A stretch of DNA of 64,000 nucleotides from an uncultured Gammaproteobacteria bacterium (GTDB lineage: Bacteria; Patescibacteriota; Patescibacteriia; Patescibacteriales; UBA12465): positions 251-64,250 of the forward strand of contig CAZSNN010000002.1 in assembly GCA_964608425.1 (NCBI GenBank). The letters are read 5' to 3'. Shown here piece after piece: positions 8,652 to 17,553 of the stretch. How positions within the stretch are numbered: position 1 is the first letter of the stretch; every line of letters begins with the position of its first letter. The notes under the pieces were generated by a model. It worked only from the letters and a program-made list of their open reading frames with translations, was not told the origin of the DNA and searched no databases. The translations under genes and the position numbers were made by a program.

Positions 8652-9863
8652 ATGAAAGAAAAATTTAAAAACAATATAGTACCAAAGAACACAGAAGAAG
8701 TCGCTTCTTTTGATATGGAAAAAGAATTAGAAGAAATTAAAAAGAAATATCATGGACAGGAAGGTTTGGATAAAATTAGAGAGCTAAAAGATATGTGGCG
8801 TTTCCAAAAACTTGGTTTGGCTGAAATTCAAAATAAGGCCCTGGCTCAGATTATAGAGAATAAAGAAAATTTTAGAGCCGCTAGTTTTTTAAGAGAAAAT
8901 GAAAATTTGTTTGAAAAATATTTGCTAACAGAAGAAATAATAAAAAAAATAAAAAAAGCTTTAAATATTTGTGAAAAAAGAGTTAAAAAAATAAAATCAT
9001 TAAAAGAAGAATGTTCCGACGAAGAAGGGGGCATTGATAATAAAAAAATATTTACTAAAGTTTTTCAAATTGAGCCAGAGGGTGAAGTTGAGGCTATTAT
9101 TAGACCCTTAAATATTTATTTTAAAATGAATAGTGAAAATGATTTTGCTTCAATTTATACTGGTAAAAATATTAGCAAGAAAAAATTAACTCCAATAGAT
9201 TTAGAAACTTGCAAATCTTATGCTGGGGCTAAATTAGAAAAATCTATTTTCCCAGAATTAAAAGGAGCTATTGTAATTGAATCTCCGGCTAGTTTTGATG
9301 ACTATGAGTTATTCAGAAAAATTATAAAACACGAAGAACAGCATGTTGTTAATGATGTGGTTTTTCGAATTCATTCTTCGGACGAAGATTATGTTTTAAA
9401 GATGATAAAAAAAGTGAATCCCGGCTCTAATATGGAAAAAATACTTGACTTGGTCAAAAACGCAGAAGTAGAAGAAAGAATTAAGAATGAAATCTCAGCT
9501 CATTTTGCTGAAGATTGTTTTGTTAAGGATATTAGTCCGTCCTTATTAATGCCCGATACAGTATATAGTTATGGTTATGAGTATAATATCTCCGAAACAG
9601 ACAAAGAAGATATGCATTCCGAATATTTTAAAGTAGTGCAAAATGGAATCATTGCTTTTGCCAATCTATTAAAAGCTGGTTATGAGCTCGGGGATGTTCA
9701 AGCTGTTTTGGTTCCTGAACCTTTATTAACTTGGCCAAAAGTATCAGAGAGAATCATTGATAAAGTAAGATCTTCTTTTGATAAAAAGAGTGATACAAAA
9801 AAATACATTGATGAAAAAATAATAAAATTATCCAACGAAGCTGAAGAGTTATTTAAAAAATAA
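8652..9863 (+). CDS. Hypothetical protein with an HExxH motif
   Basis: The start is moved to the ATG at 8652 (MKEKF), because the ORF-track start at 8607 overlaps the upstream gene. HEEQH is encoded at 9330-9344. There is no signal peptide. Confidence 0.5.
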   Translation: MKEKFKNNIVPKNTEEVASFDMEKELEEIKKKYHGQEGLDKIRELKDMWRFQKLGLAEIQNKALAQIIENKENFRAASFLRENENLFEKYLLTEEIIKKIKKALNICEKRVKKIKSLKEECSDEEGGIDNKKIFTKVFQIEPEGEVEAIIRPLNIYFKMNSENDFASIYTGKNISKKKLTPIDLETCKSYAGAKLEKSIFPELKGAIVIESPASFDDYELFRKIIKHEEQHVVNDVVFRIHSSDEDYVLKMIKKVNPGSNMEKILDLVKNAEVEERIKNEISAHFAEDCFVKDISPSLLMPDTVYSYGYEYNISETDKEDMHSEYFKVVQNGIIAFANLLKAGYELGDVQAVLVPEPLLTWPKVSERIIDKVRSSFDKKSDTKKYIDEKIIKLSNEAEELFKK

Positions 9864-9873
9864 TCTTTAAATT

Positions 9874-10554
9874 ATGAAAAAAAAGAAAAAAATTTAAAAC
9901 AAAAATTACAATGGTTTAGGGAAAATATTTGGATAGATGTTTCTATCGTATTGCTATCACTTTTGAGTGTTGGGTTGTTGGTTTATGAATTAAGCGCTGA
10001 TTTATTAATTGAGCAATTAAAAATAATACATACAATAGATTTAATTATAGCTATTCTTTTTTTTGTCTGATTTCATATTTGGCTTATATTTATCTGATAA
10101 CAAGAAAAGATATATTAGAAAGAATTGGGCCGATCTTTTAGCTTCAATTCCTGTTTCGCATGGAATTTATCGTTCCTTTAGGTTTTTGCGTCTAATTAGG
10201 GTTATTAGGGTTATAAGAGTTATTGCTCGTATAAATAGAGTTGGACATATTGCCGATAAAATAGCTCAGGATAGCTCTAAGTATGTTTATATGGGAGCAA
10301 TTACCTCAACCATAGTTTTATCTGGGGCTGTTTTATTTTTTTCTATGGAATTGGGTATAAATTCGCAGGTTAATAATTTTTTTGATGCAATTTGGTGGGC
10401 TGTTGTTACTACCACCTCTGTTGGTTACGGAGACATTTATCCTATAACTTGGGAGGGGAGAGTAGTTGGAATGTTGTTAATGATTTTCGGAGTTGGGTTG
10501 GTAGGCGTCACCGCCGGAATTGTTGGTGGTAATATTTTAAAAAATAAAAAATAA
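9874..10554 (+). pseudogene. Voltage-gated-type 6-TM K+ channel, reading frame interrupted at two homopolymers
   Basis: The C-terminal ORF (10063-10554) has S4 [20 protein letters not shown] and selectivity filter TTTSVGYGD. The S1-S2 part (WIDVSIVLLSLLSVGLLVYEL...[10 protein letters not shown]) is in another frame (9878-10068). The frames meet at a T8 run (10057-10064). The only ATG (9874) is out of frame across an A8 run (9877-9884). Confidence 0.65.
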
Positions 10555-10629
10555 ACAAATTTTATCTCCTATTGCTTTTTAATTAATAAAAAGATAAAAT
10601 ATCAGTATTAATAAAATAAAAATAAAAAA

Positions 10630-11229
10630 ATGAAAAAATTTAATCAAGGCAGAGATCGTGGTTTTAGTCGTGGTGGTGGATCGGGTAGAGATTTTGGTAG
10701 AGATGATCGAAGAGGTGGTTTTGATGGTAGAAGTGGTGGAGGCACTACTATGCACAAAACAATTTGTTCTGAATGCGGAGTAGAGTGTGAGGTTCCTTTT
10801 AGGCCAACTGGAGGGAAACCGGTTTTTTGCAGTAATTGTTTCGAAAACAAGAATAGATCTGAATCTAGATCCGATTCTAGATCTGAGTCTAGATTTGATG
10901 ACAGAAGACCATCTCGTCCTCGATTTGATGATAATAAGTTCTCTGGCAATAAATTTAGCGAAAATAAAAAACCAGCTAATGATGCTAAATTAGACGAAGT
11001 TATTTCTCGTTTAGATAAAATTGTTAGATTATTAACTCCTGTTATTGACTTGAGAGAAAATAATACTAAATCAGAAAAGCTTCCTGTTGTAGAAAAAAAA
11101 TCTAAAGAGGTTGCTAAAAAAGAAGTTAAAATTCCAGAAATAAAAGCAAAAGCTGAAGTTAAAAGTGCTAAAAAGGGTGCAAAAAAAGCAGCTAAAGCTC
11201 CAGTTAAAAAAAATAATAAGAAGAAATAA
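10630..11229 (+). CDS. CxxC-x17-CxxC domain protein with RGG-rich N-terminus and lysine-rich C-terminus
   Basis: CSEC, then 17 residues (GVECEVPFRPTGGKPVF), then CSNC. Flanked by GRD/RGG repeats, SESRSDSRSESR repeats and a K/A-rich tail. Confidence 0.75.
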   Translation: MKKFNQGRDRGFSRGGGSGRDFGRDDRRGGFDGRSGGGTTMHKTICSECGVECEVPFRPTGGKPVFCSNCFENKNRSESRSDSRSESRFDDRRPSRPRFDDNKFSGNKFSENKKPANDAKLDEVISRLDKIVRLLTPVIDLRENNTKSEKLPVVEKKSKEVAKKEVKIPEIKAKAEVKSAKKGAKKAAKAPVKKNNKKK

Positions 11230-11264
11230 ATTTTTTATAATAAATATAATTTAAGTAAAAACTT

Positions 11265-12325
11265 ATGTTTGTTGTGAGTATTATAGTCTTACTTCTATCT
11301 TTTTATTTATTAGCGGTAGTTTGCGATCGTTATTTCGTCAATTCGCTTGATGCTATTTCTGAAAAATTAAAAATCAATTCTGACGTGGCTGGGGCTACTT
11401 AATGGCTATTGGGTCTAGCGCTCCAGAATTATTTGTATCTTTTATAGCCTTGTTTAAAACAGGAAACGAATCTTTGGGGGCCGGAACCATTGTGGGGTCA
11501 GCCCTTTTTAATATTTTAGTTATTATTGGAGCCTCGGCCATGGTAAAAAAGGCTTTTATCGCCTGGCAACCAGTTATTAGAGACGTTATTTTTTATTCCC
11601 TTAGTATTATCATTTTAATTTTTTCTTTCAAGGACGGGATTATTACCATGACAGAGGCTGGAATATTCCTATTGCTTTATGTCGTTTATGTTCTAGCAGT
11701 TTTAAAATGGAAAAAAATATTGCCATACAAAGAAGAAACCAAGGATGTGGTGGCTGATTTGGAAGAATCCTTAGAAAGGGAAACTAAGAAAAAAACATTA
11801 TTAGGTAAAGTATTGGGTTTTGTAGAGCTTGGGCTGGATAAGCTTTTTCCTAATGCTAGGCATTATTGGTGGGTTTTCTTTATTTCTATATTGGTGATTG
11901 CTGGTTTGAGTTGGACATTAGTAGAAAGTGCGATTATTATTGCAGAATTTTTACATATTCCTGCGGTTATTATTGGACTAACTGTTTTAGCTGCTGGAAC
12001 TAGTATTCCTGATTTGATGTCTTCGGTTATTGTGGCTAAACAAGGTCGTGGTGGTATGGCCATCTCTAATTCAATTGGTTCTAATATTTTTGATATTTTA
12101 ATTGGGCTTGGTTTGCCATGGATGTTTATTTTGGCTTTTACCGGAAAAACAATTCATGTTGCTACGGAAAATCTTAATAGCTCTATTATTTTATTATTTG
12201 CCACTGTTCTAGCAATATTATTTTTATTATTGTTGAGAAAATGGAAGATAGGAAGAAAATCTGGTTTGATATTGATAGGACTATACGTAGCTTATTTAAT
12301 TTGGGCAATTTTACAAGTAGTTTAA
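11265..12325 (+). pseudogene. Ca2+/cation antiporter (CaCA, YrbG-like), split into 45-aa and 307-aa ORFs
   Basis: The N-terminal ORF (11265-11402) ends ...DVAGAT-stop. The second ORF starts MAIGSSAPELF at 11402. Together they rebuild the conserved alpha-1 repeat G-A-T-x-M-A-x-G-S-S-x-P-E. The second alpha repeat (AAGTSIPDL) is present. The junction is ACTTAATGG. Confidence 0.65.
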
Positions 12326-12378
12326 TAAAAATATAAAGGTCGATTTTATTTTTTTTAAAAAAATAATTAAATTTTTTT

Positions 12379-12585
12379 ATGAAAAAATTAACAATCTTAG
12401 ATGTGTTGGCCCTAATTTTAGTGATTGTTGGAGGACTAAATTGGGCGTTAGTTGGAGTTTTAAATTTTGATTTAGTTGCTACAATTTTTGGTGATATGTC
12501 AATTGTCTCTCGAGTAGTTTATTCTTTGGTAGGTTTGTCAGCTCTTTATCTTTTAGTTTGTCTACCAAAATTGGCTAGAAAATAG
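12379..12585 (+). CDS. DUF378-family small membrane protein
   Basis: 68 aa with two TM helices and the GGLNWALVG motif characteristic of DUF378. Confidence 0.7.
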   Translation: MKKLTILDVLALILVIVGGLNWALVGVLNFDLVATIFGDMSIVSRVVYSLVGLSALYLLVCLPKLARK

Positions 12586-12596
12586 TATTTCTTCTT

Positions 12597-12646
12597 AAAA
12601 ATCTCATTATTTTCTTTGTAGATAGTAATGAGATTTTTGTTTTTTG
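12597..12646 (+). terminator. Rho-independent terminator
   Basis: AAAAATCTCATTA (12597-12609) pairs with TAATGAGATTTTT (12626-12638) and is followed by a T-rich run. Confidence 0.7.
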
Positions 12647-12673
12647 TTTAATATTAGTTTATTTTTGAACGGT

Positions 12674-12701
12674 TTGAATTTTTTAAAAAATAAGGTATAA
12701 T
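12674..12701 (+). promoter_or_regulatory. Candidate promoter of leuS
   Basis: TTGAAT (12674-12679), 16-nt spacer, TATAAT (12696-12701), 26 nt upstream of the leuS ATG. Confidence 0.5.
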
Positions 12702-12727
12702 AACCTGGTAATAATTCAAGCGAAAAT

Positions 12728-15187
12728 ATGAATAATGATATAGAAAAAAAAGAGGTTTCTCGTTTTGATTTTGAAAAAAAATGGGAGGAAAAATGGAGGA
12801 ATATGGGATTATATAAAACCCCAGAAATCACCGATTTAAATAAAAAATTTTATTGTTTAGATATGTTTCCTTATCCCTCGGGGTCAGGGCTTCATGTTGG
12901 TCATGTTGAGGGTTACACAGCTTCTGATATTTTAAGTCGTTTTAAAAGAATGAACGGCTTTCAAGTTATCCATCCTATGGGATGGGATGCTTTTGGCTTG
13001 CCAGCAGAAAACTACGCTATTAAAACCGGCGTTCATCCAGAAAAAACTACTGATGAAGCTATAAAAAACTTTATTACTCAAATTGATTCTATTGGTTTGT
13101 CATACGATTGGGATTTGGAAATTCAAACTAGCAAACCAGAATATTATAAATGGACCCAGTGGTTTTTTCTTTTATTGTATAAAAATGGTTTAGCTTACAA
13201 GAAAAAAGCCAAAGTTAATTGGTGTGATAAATGTTTTACAGTTTTGGCCAACGAACAATCTGAGGGTGGAGTTTGTGAAAGATGTGGTAGTCAGGTTGTC
13301 CAAAAAGATTTAGAACAATGGTTCTTTAAGATTACTGATTTCATAGAAGATCAAGAATATCAAGGAAAAAAAATAAAAGGATTATTGAGTGGATTAAATG
13401 ATATTGATTGGCCAGAATCAACTAAATTAGCTCAATCTAATTGGATCGGAAAAAGCTCCGGAGCCAAGGTTGTTTTTAAAATTAAAGATCAATCTAATAT
13501 TGTATATGATTTAGAGGTTTTTACTACTCGTCCAGATACTTTATTTGGTTGTACTTATGTAGCTATAAATCCAGAACATGAAATATTAACTAAATTTAAA
13601 AATAATATTGAGAATATTTTAGATATTAATAAGTATGCAGAAGAGGTTAAGATGAAAACCGAAATAGAAAGAACTAATTTAAGCAAAGATAAGACTGGTT
13701 ATGAGATTAAGGGATTAAAAGCTATTAATCCAGTAAACGGAAAAGAGATGGCAGTGTTTGTGGCTGATTATGTTTTATCTACTTATGGCTCTGGGGCAGT
13801 TATGGCAGTGCCAGCCCACGATGAAAGAGACTTCGAGTTTGCCAAAAAATATGATTTAGAAATAATAGAAGTGGTTAGCGGGGGCAATATTTCTCAAGAA
13901 GCCTATACTGGCGATGGAAAATTAATCAATTCTGATTTTTTAAATGATTTATCGGTTTCAGGGGCCAAAATTAAAATTATTCAATGGTTAGAAAAAAATA
14001 ATTTAGGACAAGAATCGATTAATTATCGTTTGCGTGATTGGCTAATTTCTCGTCAAAGATATTGGGGGGCTCCTATCCCTATAGTTTATTGTGATGAATG
14101 CGGTGAGGTTCCGATTCCAGAAAAAGATTTGCCAGTTATTCTTCCAACCGATGTAAATTTTAGACCAACTGGTGAATCACCTTTGTCGGACTCAAAAACT
14201 TTTCATGAGGTAATTTGTCCAAAATGCGGATCTAAGGCTAGAAGAGAAAATGATACCATGGATACTTTTGTTTGTTCTTCTTGGTATTATTTTAGATATT
14301 TTGACTCTAAAAACGATAGAGAATTTTCTAGTAAAGAAAAAATAGATAAAGTTATGCCAGTGGATATCTATATTGGTGGAGCCGAGCATTCCGTTATGCA
14401 TCTTCTTTATGCTCGATTTTTTACTAAAGTTTTGCAAAAATATGGATATATTGATATTAATGAGCCCTTTCAAAAATTGAGACATCAGGGCACTATTTTG
14501 GCCGAGGATGGCAATAAAATGAGTAAATCTAAGGGTAATGTTGTTAATCCAGATGATGTTATTTTGGAATACGGAGCTGATTCTCTTAGAATGTATGAAA
14601 TGTTTATGGGAGCCTTTGATGATTCCAAGCCTTGGAATACTAAAAATATTGCTGGGGTTAGAAGGTTTTTAGATAGAGTTGAGGGCTTAATAGAAAAAAT
14701 ATCGATTGAAAAAAATTTTTCAGATAATAATTTTTTAGTTTTAGAATTAAATAAGTCTATAAAAAAAGTTGGGGAAGATATTGAGGATTTAAAATTTAAT
14801 ACTGCTATTTCTCAGTTAATGATTTTAGTTAATGCCTTCTCTCAACAAGAAAATTTTTCTAAAAATTCTTTTGAAAAATTTTTATTAATATTGGCTCCTT
14901 TCGCTCCGTTTTTAACCGAAGAATTATGGGAACAAATTGGCAATGGTTTTTCTATCCACCAGCAAGTCTGGCCATCTTATAATGAAGCCTTGCTGGCTAC
15001 CGAACAAATTTCTTTAGCCGTGCAATTCAACGGCAAAACCAGGGGGGTTATTCAAGTTGATAGAGATATTACCGAAACAGATGTTATTAACTTAATAAAA
15101 AATGATGAAAAATTAAAATCATATTTAATTTCCGATTCAAAAAAAATTATTTATATTAAAAATAAAATTATAAATATTATAATCTAA
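12728..15187 (+). CDS. leuS: Leucine--tRNA ligase
   Basis: Class I HIGH-type motif (PYPSGSGLHVGHVEGY), KMSKS, a CP1 editing region and Zn-type CxxC pairs. 819 aa. Confidence 0.95.
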   Translation: MNNDIEKKEVSRFDFEKKWEEKWRNMGLYKTPEITDLNKKFYCLDMFPYPSGSGLHVGHVEGYTASDILSRFKRMNGFQVIHPMGWDAFGLPAENYAIKTGVHPEKTTDEAIKNFITQIDSIGLSYDWDLEIQTSKPEYYKWTQWFFLLLYKNGLAYKKKAKVNWCDKCFTVLANEQSEGGVCERCGSQVVQKDLEQWFFKITDFIEDQEYQGKKIKGLLSGLNDIDWPESTKLAQSNWIGKSSGAKVVFKIKDQSNIVYDLEVFTTRPDTLFGCTYVAINPEHEILTKFKNNIENILDINKYAEEVKMKTEIERTNLSKDKTGYEIKGLKAINPVNGKEMAVFVADYVLSTYGSGAVMAVPAHDERDFEFAKKYDLEIIEVVSGGNISQEAYTGDGKLINSDFLNDLSVSGAKIKIIQWLEKNNLGQESINYRLRDWLISRQRYWGAPIPIVYCDECGEVPIPEKDLPVILPTDVNFRPTGESPLSDSKTFHEVICPKCGSKARRENDTMDTFVCSSWYYFRYFDSKNDREFSSKEKIDKVMPVDIYIGGAEHSVMHLLYARFFTKVLQKYGYIDINEPFQKLRHQGTILAEDGNKMSKSKGNVVNPDDVILEYGADSLRMYEMFMGAFDDSKPWNTKNIAGVRRFLDRVEGLIEKISIEKNFSDNNFLVLELNKSIKKVGEDIEDLKFNTAISQLMILVNAFSQQENFSKNSFEKFLLILAPFAPFLTEELWEQIGNGFSIHQQVWPSYNEALLATEQISLAVQFNGKTRGVIQVDRDITETDVINLIKNDEKLKSYLISDSKKIIYIKNKIINIII

Positions 15188-15204
15188 TAATTAATTCTAA
15201 AATT

Positions 15205-15957
15205 ATGAGTGGTGTTATTATCTTGTTAGCTTTTGTGTTAGTTTTTTTCTTTGCTTCTTTAAAGCAAATTAATCAATACGAAAGAGGTGTTAAATTTACT
15301 ATGGGAAGATATTCGGAAATCATGAATCCGGGCTGGAGATTCTTATGGCCAGTTTTTCAAACTTTTAAAAAAGTGGATATTAGAATCAAGGCGGTTGATG
15401 TTCCTGACCAAAGAGCTATTACTCGCGATAATGTTCCCGTAACAGTTAATGCTGTTTTGTATTACAAAATCTCCGATGCCGCTAAAGCTGTTATTGAAGT
15501 AGAAAATTTTTATTATGCCGTTAGTCAATATGCTCAGACTACCATGAGAAATATAGTTGGAGAAATAACCTTAGATGAGCTTTTAGCTGAAAGAGATAAG
15601 ATTGCTGAAAGAATCAGGGAAATTGTTGATAAAGAGACCGATGAATGGGGTCTAAAGGTTAATAACGTAGAGTTAAAGGATGTGGTTTTACCAGAATCAA
15701 TGGAAAGAACTATTGCTAAGCAAGCTGAGGCCGAGAGAGAAAAGAGGGCAGTTATTATTAATTCTCAAGGAGAATTAGTAGCAGCTGAAAATTTGGCTAA
15801 AGCAGCCGAGACATTATCAGCTTCAAATGGGGCCCTTCATTTAAGAACCTTACAGTCTATCAATGACATTTCTTCTGATCAATCTAACACAATAGTATTT
15901 GTAACTCCAGTTGAAATTTTGAAGGCTTTTGAAGGTTTTACTAAGAAAAATAATTAG
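15205..15957 (+). CDS. SPFH/Band 7 (stomatin-like) membrane protein
   Basis: N-terminal TM anchor, then INQYERGVKFTMGRY...DVPDQRAITRDNV...EAEREKRA, typical of stomatin/HflC-like proteins. Confidence 0.85.
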   Translation: MSGVIILLAFVLVFFFASLKQINQYERGVKFTMGRYSEIMNPGWRFLWPVFQTFKKVDIRIKAVDVPDQRAITRDNVPVTVNAVLYYKISDAAKAVIEVENFYYAVSQYAQTTMRNIVGEITLDELLAERDKIAERIREIVDKETDEWGLKVNNVELKDVVLPESMERTIAKQAEAEREKRAVIINSQGELVAAENLAKAAETLSASNGALHLRTLQSINDISSDQSNTIVFVTPVEILKAFEGFTKKNN

Positions 15958-15980
15958 AACAAAAAAAATAAATAGAAAAT

Positions 15981-17543
15981 ATGGCAGTTCTATATCAAAA
16001 ATATCGTCCTCAAAATTTTTCCGAAATAGTTGGACAAAATAATATCAAGACAACTTTGCAAAATGAGATTTTACATAATAAAGTTTCTCATGCTTATTTG
16101 TTTTGTGGTCCTAGGGCGGTTGGAAAAACTACCTTAGCTAGGGTTTTAGCCAAAGCTATAAATTGCCAAAATAGAACCAGCGATAATTTTGAGCCTTGTA
16201 ATGAATGTGATAATTGCTTGAGTATTAGTAATTTTAGTAATCTGGATGTTATTGAAATTGATGCTGCCAGCAATACTGGTGTTGATAATGTGAGAGATAA
16301 TATTATTGCCTTAAGTCGGGTAAAGTCATCAAATAATAATTTTAAAGTTTTTATTATTGATGAAGTTCATATGCTTTCTTTGTCAGCTTTTAATGCTTTG
16401 CTTAAAACTCTGGAAGAACCTCCAAAAAATGTTATTTTTATATTATGTACTACTGAAATCCATAAAGTTCCAGCAACTATTATATCCCGTTGTGAGAGAT
16501 TTGATTTTAAAAGAATTAGTATTAATGATATGGTGACAAAATTGGAGCATATTATTAAAAATGAGGGACTAGAAGTTGATAGAGATGTTTTAGAGCTAAT
16601 ATCTTTGAAGTCAGGCGGACATTTGCGTGATGCCGAAAGTTTGCTTAGTCAAATTATTGCCGTAAGTGGAGATAAAATTAATATAGATAGCGCCAACTTA
16701 ATTATTCCTTATAATAATATTGAAGAGAATATAAATTTTTTAGAGGCCTTAAGTCGAAAAGACGCTTCTTTGGCCATTAAAATGATTAATGATATTTCTG
16801 GTAGCGGAGTTAACTTAAAAAACTTCCTAAATGATTTGATTGAGCTTCTTCGAAAGATGATCTTAAATAAAGTTAGTGATTCCTTATCAAGTAGTTTAGG
16901 CCTAGATTTAAATGAAAAACTGGAAATTAAAATTAATAATGTTAATAAAAATTTTTCTCTAGAGAGCTTAGTTGATATCACTGAAGAATTAATGCTAGCC
17001 TTAAAAGAATTGCCGACCTCTTTCATACCTCAAATGCCGATAGAGTTAGCTATTATTAATATTTCACATATTAATAGCCCTAATAACCCATCTTCTTTTG
17101 AGCCAATTAAAAATATTTCTAATATTTCCGTTAAAACAGATTCTAATATAGAGGATGCTTCTATTAAAAAAGAAAAAGTGTTTAAAAAAAATACTTCAGG
17201 GGTTAATTTAACCGAGATAGAAAGTCATTGGTCCGAATTTTTGAATAAATTAAAACCATTAAATCACTCTTTGTCTTTTGTTTTACAATCTTGCAATATA
17301 GATGGAGTCGATGGCAAGAAGATTTGTTTATCTTTTAAATATAAATTTCATAAAGATCGCTTAGATAGTCCAGAGATCAAAAAAATGATCGAAGATGTTT
17401 TACGGGATGTTTATAAAACTGATTTAAGCATCGAGGCTTTAGTTAATGAAAATATAGAAATTAATAAAGATAATAATGATAAAAATGGTGGGGAAGTGAT
17501 AGATAATTTACTAAAAACTTTTGGTGGTCAAATTATAAATTAA
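15981..17543 (+). CDS. dnaX: DNA polymerase III subunit gamma/tau
   Basis: YRPQNFSEIVGQ, Walker A GPRAVGKTT, Zn module CQNRTSDNFEPCNECDNC, DEVHML and SRCERF. Confidence 0.9.
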   Translation: MAVLYQKYRPQNFSEIVGQNNIKTTLQNEILHNKVSHAYLFCGPRAVGKTTLARVLAKAINCQNRTSDNFEPCNECDNCLSISNFSNLDVIEIDAASNTGVDNVRDNIIALSRVKSSNNNFKVFIIDEVHMLSLSAFNALLKTLEEPPKNVIFILCTTEIHKVPATIISRCERFDFKRISINDMVTKLEHIIKNEGLEVDRDVLELISLKSGGHLRDAESLLSQIIAVSGDKINIDSANLIIPYNNIEENINFLEALSRKDASLAIKMINDISGSGVNLKNFLNDLIELLRKMILNKVSDSLSSSLGLDLNEKLEIKINNVNKNFSLESLVDITEELMLALKELPTSFIPQMPIELAIINISHINSPNNPSSFEPIKNISNISVKTDSNIEDASIKKEKVFKKNTSGVNLTEIESHWSEFLNKLKPLNHSLSFVLQSCNIDGVDGKKICLSFKYKFHKDRLDSPEIKKMIEDVLRDVYKTDLSIEALVNENIEINKDNNDKNGGEVIDNLLKTFGGQIIN

Positions 17544-17553
17544 AAATAAAAAT

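Noticed and set aside
12586-12727. T-box or other riboswitch leaders upstream of the aminoacyl-tRNA synthetase genes (leuS, and also serS, gltX and metG).
   Set aside because: - The leaders are far too short. leuS has only about 26 nt between its -10 box and the ATG.
- serS, gltX and metG start within 10-20 nt of the preceding gene.
- A T-box needs about 200 nt.
12607-12831. 74-aa minus-strand ORF spanning the leuS promoter and start.
   Set aside because: It overlaps the leuS start codon and promoter in antisense. It gives a low-complexity translation and has no start signals.
17163-17174. A-rich stretch ATTAAAAAAGAA in dnaX as a programmed -1 frameshift site, like the E. coli gamma/tau A-AAA-AAG site.
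   Set aside because: In the dnaX reading frame the codons are ATT AAA AAA GAA. The heptamer is therefore not in the X-XXY-YYZ phase, and no downstream stem-loop or nearby out-of-frame stop pattern is evident.
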